DNA from: Cyanophyceae cyanobacterium
GTDB lineage: Bacteria > Cyanobacteriota > Cyanobacteriia > Cyanobacteriales > JBHJGN01
Reading direction: 5' to 3'
DNA: 12,783 bases
Assembly: GCA_050331735.1 (NCBI GenBank)
Contig: JBHJGN010000026.1
Span: 1 to 12,783, forward strand
This document shows positions 1 through 7,493 of the stretch, piece by piece (the stretch's first letter is position 1; every line of letters begins with the position of its first letter). The notes below the pieces were generated by a model. That model had not been told where the DNA came from. It ran no database searches and saw only the letters and a list, made by a program, of their open reading frames with translations. The position numbers and the translations under genes are program-made.

Positions 1-1
1 T

Positions 2-1657
2 CGGATCTTTCGGCGGACGATGCACTCTCTCCGTTAAAGAAAATCCAGGATTAGCAATTAACCTCCCTAACGCCGGAAAATACCTTGCAGCGCCAATCCC
101 TTCGTAGCCTCGAATTTGATCCACTGTCGCCGCTTTTTCTGGATTGAGTACCGCTTCCATCTCTTCAGTAATACCCACAATTGCCTCAGCCACTTCCGGA
201 TACCGTCGCTTACGGTTGAGCCTCAACAACAACTGCTTAGAGTTCCATAACTTTCCCCGCACAATCTGCCGCGCTACCCCTACCTGAAATTCTTCATCGT
301 GCCGTCGCTCAAACTGTGCCGTCTCAACCACTAAATTATCCGCCTCAGCACTCCATAAGTGCCCCTTATATTCCCCCAACTGAGTTAAAAACACCACTGG
401 AATTTGCTCTGCCAGACACGTCGAAATAACGCTCGTCGTGAGCTGAATATTGCCAAATACGAGAATTCTCTCTACCTCCCGAATCAGTACCTCCAGACGA
501 TCTTCTCCAGGAGGCTGAACCAGAAAACGCCCCTGTTCTTTACGAATCGTTGTTCCTTGCTCTACTAAATAAAGCGTTGCCATCTCTGGAATCCAAGCTT
601 GTTCAACTGATGTAATCGGCACAGATTTTTCTGGACGCACTTCGTACCCCAACACCACAAATAGCGGCGGCGGAATCGGCTTTTGAGCTGCCTTCAGAGC
701 CTCCACCATTGCCAACTGCAACGTATTCGGCTGCGTGACGGTTTCCGCATGAACCAAGCGCTCCCCCTTATTGACTACAACTGGTAGATGGGGTGCTTCG
801 GTTTTTTTAATAGGAACAATCAAATCTCCTGCAAAAGCATGTCCTAAAAAACGAAACCCGCGCTCAAAGGTAGTAATTTGGGTTTTATCCTGATGCAGCA
901 ATAGCCCCATTGCTGAGAGGATTTGAGCTACTTCAACATGAGCTTGAATGAGCCGTTTTTGAGTGCGAGACAGCAGCACAAAATCATCTGCATAGCGCAC
1001 CAGCTTTAGCCCTGATGCGGAAACAATCTCATCAAAGTCATCCAGATAAACATTGGCAAGAATCGGTGAAATAACGGCTCCTTGAGGAATGCCTCTCTGT
1101 GGCAGCACTAATCCTTCTTTAGCTAAAACTCCAACGGTAATCCACGCCTCAATCAAGTCAAGGAATTGAGGAATATCCAGACGTTCTGCTACCTCAGCCA
1201 GCAACCGTGGATGCTCAAGATTATCAAAATACTGAACAATATCGGCATCTAGTACCCATTCGTAGCCTCTATCGCGCCACTGAGCCACCTGACGCACTGC
1301 CATAAGATGAGATCGTCCCGGTCGATAAGCAAAGCTACAGGGTTCAAACTCCTGCTCCATCACTGGATGCAGCACGTTCAGCATCGCCTGCTGCACAATT
1401 CTATCCCTCACCGTCGGCACACGCAGTTCTCGCCATCCCCCCTTCTTTTTGGGGATTACGATCTGTCGCCAAGGCAGCGGACGATAGATTCCTTCAGCAA
1501 CAGTACACCTTAACTGAGATAGATAAGTCTTCTGCCTCGCTCGAAACTCCCCGATTGTCTCTCCATCCACCCCAGCACAGCCCCTATTTTTTGCCACCTT
1601 TTCCCACGCCAACTGAAAATTAGTCCGGCTGAGAAACTGATCCCTTAAAGAACCCAT
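2..1657 (-). CDS. cas1: Reverse transcriptase-Cas1 fusion (RT-Cas1), 3' end beyond the left edge of the window
   Basis: Manual translation from the ATG at 1657 gives 552 codons open to the edge. Group II intron-type RT motifs: MGSLRDQFLSRTNFQLAWEKVAKNRGCAGVDG, IPKKKGGWRELRVPTVRDRIVQQA, SFAYRPGRS, WVLDADIVQYFD, GIPQGAVISPILANVYLD, VRYADDF (YADD at 983-994), GFRFLG. After a linker the same frame gives Cas1 from 583: MATLYLVEQGTTIRKEQGRF, ILVFGNIQLTT, IVRGKLWNS, IRGYEGIGAARYF, RVHRPPKDP. Confidence 0.96.
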   Translation of the reverse strand, partial: MGSLRDQFLSRTNFQLAWEKVAKNRGCAGVDGETIGEFRARQKTYLSQLRCTVAEGIYRPLPWRQIVIPKKKGGWRELRVPTVRDRIVQQAMLNVLHPVMEQEFEPCSFAYRPGRSHLMAVRQVAQWRDRGYEWVLDADIVQYFDNLEHPRLLAEVAERLDIPQFLDLIEAWITVGVLAKEGLVLPQRGIPQGAVISPILANVYLDDFDEIVSASGLKLVRYADDFVLLSRTQKRLIQAHVEVAQILSAMGLLLHQDKTQITTFERGFRFLGHAFAGDLIVPIKKTEAPHLPVVVNKGERLVHAETVTQPNTLQLAMVEALKAAQKPIPPPLFVVLGYEVRPEKSVPITSVEQAWIPEMATLYLVEQGTTIRKEQGRFLVQPPGEDRLEVLIREVERILVFGNIQLTTSVISTCLAEQIPVVFLTQLGEYKGHLWSAEADNLVVETAQFERRHDEEFQVGVARQIVRGKLWNSKQLLLRLNRKRRYPEVAEAIVGITEEMEAVLNPEKAATVDQIRGYEGIGAARYFPALGRLIANPGFSLTERVHRPPKDP

Positions 1658-1742
1658 AGCTTATGAAAGTAGATTGTCGAACTAAGAAGTTACAGCGAAA
1701 AGTTCAGAAAATAGAGAAAGAGACGGCAGAAAAATGTAACAA

Positions 1743-2063
1743 ATGACTCAAACCACCAATAATGGCTGGCAGCAAGCAATATACAGCAACACCAAAGCAT
1801 TGGGAGGATTGGAAGTCAAGGTAGATCGACTAGAAACCAAGGTCGATAGCCTCGGAACAGATGTAGCTGTCCTGAAAGACGATGTAAAAAGCTTAAAGAG
1901 CAACGTAGCCGAACTCAAAGATAATATGAAAGCCTTAATGTCTGAGGTCAGCGAGATCAAGCCAGTCGTCATGTGGGTTAAAGTTATTGCTGGTATCGTC
2001 GGGACAGTCGCGCTTGGTTTTGCTGGAAATTATGTTTACTCAATTTACCAGTCTTTTGCTTAA
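1743..2063 (+). CDS. Small coiled-coil protein with a C-terminal transmembrane helix (hypothetical; XhlA/Bdr-like architecture)
   Basis: Seven heptads (LEVKVDR LETKVDS LGTDVAV LKDDVKS LKSNVAE LKDNMKA LMSEVSE) followed by hydrophobic VVMWVKVIAGIVGTVALGFAG. Purine-rich upstream region. Confidence 0.8.
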   Translation: MTQTTNNGWQQAIYSNTKALGGLEVKVDRLETKVDSLGTDVAVLKDDVKSLKSNVAELKDNMKALMSEVSEIKPVVMWVKVIAGIVGTVALGFAGNYVYSIYQSFA

Positions 2064-2168
2064 CGCTCACAATTCAGTCTTTAAATTCATCAACACTTTC
2101 AGCAACTACCTGTTATCAGAAATTGCATTAATGGCATAAGTCCTCATTAGAAAAACAAGAAGACAACA

Positions 2169-3002
2169 TTAAGCGAATTTCTGATGTTTAAGATTGTATG
2201 TAATTTTAACTTCCATGATCTGTGGAAAATGAATTTGGCTAATGTACTGTAAATGTCTTCTTGGTGTAGCACAGGCGAGAATTATTCCTGCTGTCATTAC
2301 TTTTGTAGCCCCGGTAATATCGGCAATTACTTTAAATTCATCTAAACGTTGGTTCCGAGCATGATTGTAGATGCAGTTTACAAGATGATGAATGTGATTT
2401 GGATCGTCGAGACGATCATCAGGAACAAGCAAACTGAGTTTTTCTCCTGGAAAGTCTAGATCTTCAAGTTCATAGTTGCCGTAATATATTTTGACTTTTT
2501 GAGTTACTCCTTCTTTTGTTAGATTATTAAGCATATTTTTGGCGAAAGGCAAAGATTTCTCTGTACAGATTATCCAACAATGTTCTAGCTGTCCTTTCCC
2601 TTTGTCCCAATGTTCCATAATTGCTCGTTCAGCAGGAGAGTCATTCTTAGGACTCATTGCTACGATTAATCCAGTAAAGTTTTTTTCTAGAGGGTAAACA
2701 TTAGGTTGAGGAGAGGCAGCACCAAAAGCTCCAATAAATTTGTCTCTTAACCAACGGGAGAGAGGTGTAAGGGAGATCAATATAAAGAGAATTGTAGTGA
2801 TTACAGACCAGACCACTAACTTAAATAAGGCTACACTACTAATTCCCAACTGCTTGCCTATCCAGTCTGCAAAATAATCCCAAAATAATGAGGAAAAACC
2901 ATCAGCGATAAGCGTTAGTAGCAGTATACTGATGACAAAAGAATTAAGAAAGCGTTTAGTAGGGTCTGCGATCGCCTCAATTACCGGATTGCGTTGAATC
3001 AT
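2169..3002 (-). CDS. Two-TM + CARF domain protein, Cam1-like type III membrane effector
   Basis: Two N-terminal hydrophobic segments (FVISILLLTLIADGFSSLFW; LFKLVVWSVITTILFILISL). Then a Rossmann-like CARF pattern: GLIVAMS, AIMEH, HCWIICT and the CARF signature VIADITGATKVMTAG. No room for a C-terminal nuclease domain. Located inside a type III locus. Confidence 0.85.
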   Translation of the reverse strand: MIQRNPVIEAIADPTKRFLNSFVISILLLTLIADGFSSLFWDYFADWIGKQLGISSVALFKLVVWSVITTILFILISLTPLSRWLRDKFIGAFGAASPQPNVYPLEKNFTGLIVAMSPKNDSPAERAIMEHWDKGKGQLEHCWIICTEKSLPFAKNMLNNLTKEGVTQKVKIYYGNYELEDLDFPGEKLSLLVPDDRLDDPNHIHHLVNCIYNHARNQRLDEFKVIADITGATKVMTAGIILACATPRRHLQYISQIHFPQIMEVKITYNLKHQKFA

Positions 3003-3341
3003 ATGAAAATTATCGTAAGTTGACTTGGTTTACTAGGACGAAAAGTTGCTACTAGGTTGGTTTGACAAGCAGTATTACTCTGCAAATGATTGACTATCAA
3101 GAGTTACGCATCGGCAACTATCCTTGGAGGATAAGGGAACGAAACATGATTAACTACGTAAGTTCTGACTATATATTTACTACCAGTTGGAACAAAGCTT
3201 TTCCTGAAAAAACGCGGGTCTTTGCTTGAACGAAGCAAATAGCCTGCCTCAATTCCTCTCAGGGAATAACTACTTGCGATCGCCCAGCATTTTCAGACTA
3301 CTGTAAATTTAAGAGAACAGGAGCAGAAATTTAGAGATCCG

Positions 3342-3923
3342 ATGACAGCCTTAACAATTCCTCAAGGGTTTACGGTGAGTCCAGCTCAGTTTGACCAGTT
3401 AGCCCTTGCTAACGACACAGTAAGACTAGAGCTTACTCAGGAGGGAGAACTGATTATTATGCCGCCAACAGGAGGAAGCGCAGGCAATCAAAACTTTGAG
3501 CTTTATATTGACTTGGGCAATTGGAATCGTCGAACTAGATTGGGGAAAGCGTTTGACTCTTCTACAATTTTTATTCTCCCTAACGGTGCGAGGCGATCGC
3601 CAGATGTTGCCTGGGTGCGTTTAGAAAGATGGAACTCTCTCTCCCCTCAAGAGCAACAGGGATTTCCTCCCATTACTCCAGATTTTGTTATCGAGCTAGT
3701 TAGCCCCAGCGATCTGACCAACCAGCGGTATGTAGACTTACAGGCAAAGATGCGCGAGTACATCGAAAATGGCGCTCAGTTAGGCTGGTTAATCGAACCA
3801 AAACAGAAAACTGTAGAAATTTATCGCCCTGCACAAGCTGTTGAAGTTCTTAAACAGCCAGCAACGCTTTCAGGAGAAGCAGTATTGCCCAGATTTGTCC
3901 TAAATCTGAGAGGGTTCTTCTAA
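3342..3923 (+). CDS. Uma2 family endonuclease (DUF820)
   Basis: Motifs RLELTQEGELIIMPPTGG, FDSSTIFILPNGARRSPDVAW, PDFVIELVSPSD, KMREYIENGAQLGWLI. Confidence 0.95.
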   Translation: MTALTIPQGFTVSPAQFDQLALANDTVRLELTQEGELIIMPPTGGSAGNQNFELYIDLGNWNRRTRLGKAFDSSTIFILPNGARRSPDVAWVRLERWNSLSPQEQQGFPPITPDFVIELVSPSDLTNQRYVDLQAKMREYIENGAQLGWLIEPKQKTVEIYRPAQAVEVLKQPATLSGEAVLPRFVLNLRGFF

Positions 3924-4059
3924 ACACTTAGATACAAACAACTCATTTTGAAGGAGCGGACATTCATTGGCAATACTCTGATGACGCTACATCCTCAATT
4001 CTTTATAAACTTTTCAGCGATCGCCGCCGCTTCTCGGTAACTTTAAACACATTCTGCTA

Positions 4060-4099
4060 TCGCAAAAGCAGACATAAAAGATTTTGTGTTTCTTTGCGA
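4060..4099. promoter_or_regulatory. Imperfect inverted repeat (candidate operator) upstream of cas10
   Basis: TCGCAAAAGCAGACATAAAA-GA-TTTTGTGTTTCTTTGCGA. Outer arms TCGCAAA/TTTGCGA are perfect; ends ~50 bp before the ATG at 4151. Confidence 0.45.
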
Positions 4100-4150
4100 A
4101 ATTCATCTCTTCCAGGCTGTAGTTACCCTATAGCTACTCGATCGATAGGA

Positions 4151-6298
4151 ATGTCAGCAACCATCTACACAGCAATTACCTTTGCTCCAGTCCAGGGCTT
4201 TATCGAAAAGTCGCGCAAGCTTCGAGATTTGTATGGAAGTTCCTTCATTTTGTCTTACCTAGCCAGTACCATTTGCTGGGAAGCAAGGTGTCAAGGCTGT
4301 GAAGTTATTTCCCCAGCGCTAATCAACGTCATTCAGGGTACTCCTAATCAAATTATTGTCCGAGGAAATTTCTCAGAAGACGCAGCCCAAGGAGCTTTAA
4401 ATTGGGCTTGGCAAAAAGTTACTGAAAGATGTCGCACCTGGATAGAAGCAAATTGCCAGGCATGGATTCAAGCTCAGCTTGTAGACTGGGCAGTTAAAGA
4501 TAACTGGCATCAAAAGCCCACCTCAAAAACTCTCCCCTGGGGCAGAGATTGGAAGCTGTGGAGCAATCACTCCTGGGAATTTTTTTGGGCGCAAGGAAAA
4601 TCAATTACGGCGGCGCGACAGAATCTAAACGAAAAAAAGCGATCGCGCAACTGGACAGCCGTTAACTGGACTGGAGAAAGCTCAAGCTTATCAGGTGCTG
4701 ATGCAGTTGCGTATCCAGGGATGAGTCGAGTTCCGCCAAAAAAATGGGACTATAGAAGAGAAAAAGAGGCGATTGAGAGCTTTTACCGAGTGCTCAGTGA
4801 AAAAGTAGGCACCGCTTTTCTAGAATACGTTGCAGAACGGCTCAAGCAAGCATCTACCCCAGAATTACGAAAAGAACTGGTTGATAGATACGGAACGGGT
4901 TTTTTAGAGTTTGTCCAAACCACTCTTCCGAAACTAAATCAATACGACAAGCAAGAACTTGCTATTAAGTATGGTGCCCCAATCGTAGATCCTGCTGAAG
5001 AATTAAGCATTCCTGAGTTGGTTAAACGCCTCGTGACTTTAGAAGCGATCGCTCAGCCTATTGGTATCGGTTTTAAAGAAGTGCCTGAAACCTTTCGAGA
5101 ACTTAACCGCCTTAGCCAGAAGAAGGACAAGAACACAAAAGGTAAACAGCAACCAGTTATAGAACCAGATAGTCGCTGGATGGGCTGGTTTCAAGGCGAT
5201 GGAGATCGAGCAGGCGAATATTTACAGTCCCTAGTTAAGTTTGCCACCTTTTGCATCAAGTTTTTTTTCTATAGGCCGACTAGCCTAGAGTTTTTGTGGC
5301 TAAGCATTACTAATTCAGAAAGTCAAGCCTTAAATGTTTTTAGCCATGCCATGCTGAAATGGGGAGAATGTCATCTCAAAACAAGCCTACCCCCAGCAAC
5401 CGGACGTATTATTTATGCAGGAGGAGATGATTTTTTAGGGGTATTTCATCGCCCATCTCCAGATCCACGGTTTCTAAAACCGCTGCTCAATTACCTTGTA
5501 GATAAACAAACTCAGCGGCATCCTGAACCTGCCAGCTTAGAGAAGCTAAGAGAGCAAATTATTGACCAAGGACTTCATAAAAATATTTCTATTCCAGAAT
5601 CCGTTCGCCGAGGCTGGAAAAATATCATTGAGGAAACGGAACACCCCTCAGAATTGGATAGCCATCTTGGGTATGCTGGCTTGAGTCGTCAAGAAGCAGC
5701 CGTCCTCTTTTCACAACCTGTTCTGCAACCGCAAGAATGCTTGGAATGGTTTTACCACTTTCGCTCTACACAAGATCAGGACATCTGGAGCCTTCACAAG
5801 CAGCCAATTACTGTTAGCGTGGGGTTTGTTTGGGCAGCCCCAAACGTACCGCAACGGGATATACTGCAACATTGCAAGGATGCTGAGCAGACTGCCAAAC
5901 GGAAGGGACGCGATCGCCTCTGTATTCGTATCCTCTTCAACGGGGGCAACTACCTCGAATGGGTTTGTCCTTGGTGGTTTTTGGGAGTCTTGAAAGCTTA
6001 CTGCGATCGCAACCAGAAGACAGGGAAGGAAGCTATCTGGAGACATTTATACGAAGATGTTGCGGTATTAGAGTCCCGCCATGCTTTTAGTCAACAAACC
6101 GAAGTTGCCCTCGCGTTGTTTGCAATCTATTTTGGCGAACAAAGAAGACAGGAGCTTGTGGAACATCTTTGGGACACCGAAGAGAAAGCAGGGATTTTAG
6201 ATAACCAGCCATTAGCAAAAGAGTCTGCCAACGAGAAAGCTCTTAATCAATGGATCATCAATCTTGCCAAAGTGGGGTTTCATCTATGTCAACAGTAG
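4151..6298 (+). CDS. cas10: Type III-B Cas10/Cmr2, lacking the HD domain
   Basis: Begins with the Cmr2 motif ITFAPVQGFIEKSRKLRDLYGSSFILSYL; WFQGDGDRAG; Palm2 IIYAGGDDFLG (GGDD at 5420-5431); ITVSVGFVWA; AEQTAKRKGRDR. I prefer the ATG at 4151, where homology begins, over the TTG at 4094. Confidence 0.96.
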   Translation: MSATIYTAITFAPVQGFIEKSRKLRDLYGSSFILSYLASTICWEARCQGCEVISPALINVIQGTPNQIIVRGNFSEDAAQGALNWAWQKVTERCRTWIEANCQAWIQAQLVDWAVKDNWHQKPTSKTLPWGRDWKLWSNHSWEFFWAQGKSITAARQNLNEKKRSRNWTAVNWTGESSSLSGADAVAYPGMSRVPPKKWDYRREKEAIESFYRVLSEKVGTAFLEYVAERLKQASTPELRKELVDRYGTGFLEFVQTTLPKLNQYDKQELAIKYGAPIVDPAEELSIPELVKRLVTLEAIAQPIGIGFKEVPETFRELNRLSQKKDKNTKGKQQPVIEPDSRWMGWFQGDGDRAGEYLQSLVKFATFCIKFFFYRPTSLEFLWLSITNSESQALNVFSHAMLKWGECHLKTSLPPATGRIIYAGGDDFLGVFHRPSPDPRFLKPLLNYLVDKQTQRHPEPASLEKLREQIIDQGLHKNISIPESVRRGWKNIIEETEHPSELDSHLGYAGLSRQEAAVLFSQPVLQPQECLEWFYHFRSTQDQDIWSLHKQPITVSVGFVWAAPNVPQRDILQHCKDAEQTAKRKGRDRLCIRILFNGGNYLEWVCPWWFLGVLKAYCDRNQKTGKEAIWRHLYEDVAVLESRHAFSQQTEVALALFAIYFGEQRRQELVEHLWDTEEKAGILDNQPLAKESANEKALNQWIINLAKVGFHLCQQ

Positions 6299-7470
6299 TC
6301 ACTAATCCAGAAAAAACTATAGAGGAGAAAGGCGCTCGCCCTCTTTTTCAATACCTCATTGTTATTCAGCCGCTAGGCTTTTTATACGGTAGTGCCGGGA
6401 ACTTTCTTTCTCCAGAGAACCTTGTTGGTCGCTCTGGCAGTAGCTTTCCTCCCTCTGCTGCTGCCTTATCTGGGGTATTTGCTGCTCATTACAATTCAAC
6501 AGAGACTAATGATGACGATAAAAAGAAAAAACTTAAACCCTTGCAAGTTGCAGGTCCATTTTGGGGATTTAACGAAGAGCTAGATAATTTTTTAGTTCCT
6601 ACTCCTTTTAACTGCTTGGTAGAAATGAAACGGGATGGGGAAGATGAAGAAAATCAGGTTAGAGCAGGACAAGTTCAGCAAAAAATCTTTTGGCATACCA
6701 AAGATCAGAAGTGGCTCGACCAAAACTATCAAGTTCCCAAAGGGAAGTTTTTCCGTGGTAGTTGGATAAAGATTAATGATTGGCACAAAGTTAATTCAGA
6801 GCAATGGCAAGACACAGAGGTATTTGAGGCTCCTTGGCATTACGTTCCATACCTGCATCCTCAACTAGAAAAACAACAGCGGCGGGTGGATGCCGCTCTC
6901 GAACGAGGCAGTCTGTTTCTAGAAAATGCAGTGGCTTTGCATCCCGACACCTGCATAGTTTATTTGGCTAACGACAAGCTGCCTTACGGCTGGTATCGTT
7001 TTGGCGGTGAAGGGCACATGGTCAATCTCGAATGGCGCTCCCTATCTTTTCAGTGCCAAGAGTTATTGGAAAATGGCTCTCTTAGTAAAAGCTTTGCCTT
7101 AGTTACCCCAGCAATTTGGGGGTCTAATCGCCTGTCGGAAAGGGAACCGATTGTGGCCCAAACAAACCAGAAAGCATGGCAGGTAGAAGCAATGCTCACC
7201 GAGCGTCCAAGTCCCTACCGCTATCGGTTAGGGAAACGGTCTTTAGAACAACCACTGGAAGAAGTATCAAACCGTCAACCACACAAACCTGGACGATTAT
7301 CTAGAGGACGCTACGCTGTACCAGCAGGAACGGTTTATGTTCTAAAAAAGCCTTTTGAACTAGAAAACACCTGGCAGAAATGGCCAGATAGCTGGTTTCC
7401 AAAAGAGGCTTATTCCTTTAAGCGCTGGGGATGCGGATTGGCGCTGCCGTTAGACAATGCGATCGCATAG
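6286..7470 (+). CDS. cmr3: Cmr3 (Cas5-like RAMP)
   Basis: YLIVIQPLGFLYGSAG, FPPSAAALSG, GWYRFGGEGH, YAVPAGTVY, C-terminal WGCGLAL Gly loop. The ATG at 6286 overlaps the cas10 stop; 6250 is an alternative start. Confidence 0.93.
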   Translation: MSTVVTNPEKTIEEKGARPLFQYLIVIQPLGFLYGSAGNFLSPENLVGRSGSSFPPSAAALSGVFAAHYNSTETNDDDKKKKLKPLQVAGPFWGFNEELDNFLVPTPFNCLVEMKRDGEDEENQVRAGQVQQKIFWHTKDQKWLDQNYQVPKGKFFRGSWIKINDWHKVNSEQWQDTEVFEAPWHYVPYLHPQLEKQQRRVDAALERGSLFLENAVALHPDTCIVYLANDKLPYGWYRFGGEGHMVNLEWRSLSFQCQELLENGSLSKSFALVTPAIWGSNRLSEREPIVAQTNQKAWQVEAMLTERPSPYRYRLGKRSLEQPLEEVSNRQPHKPGRLSRGRYAVPAGTVYVLKKPFELENTWQKWPDSWFPKEAYSFKRWGCGLALPLDNAIA

Positions 7471-7493
7471 TTAAAAGTGAGGAAATTTAGTTA

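Noticed and set aside
1307..1513. 68-aa plus-strand ORF
   Set aside because: Antisense shadow of the RT domain of RT-Cas1.
800..1657. Group II intron, retron or DGR interpretation of the RT
   Set aside because: The RT is fused in frame to Cas1. Only 85 bp separate it from the next gene, leaving no room for intron RNA or msr-msd, and no TR/VR pair was seen.
1809..1955. 21-bp periodicity as a DNA repeat array
   Set aside because: Explained by coding for coiled-coil heptads; the DNA units are highly diverged.
1748..1972. 74-aa minus-strand ORF
   Set aside because: Antisense to the coiled-coil gene.
4094..4150. TTG-started N-terminal extension of Cas10
   Set aside because: It overlaps the inverted repeat and likely promoter region, and Cmr2 homology begins at the ATG at 4151.
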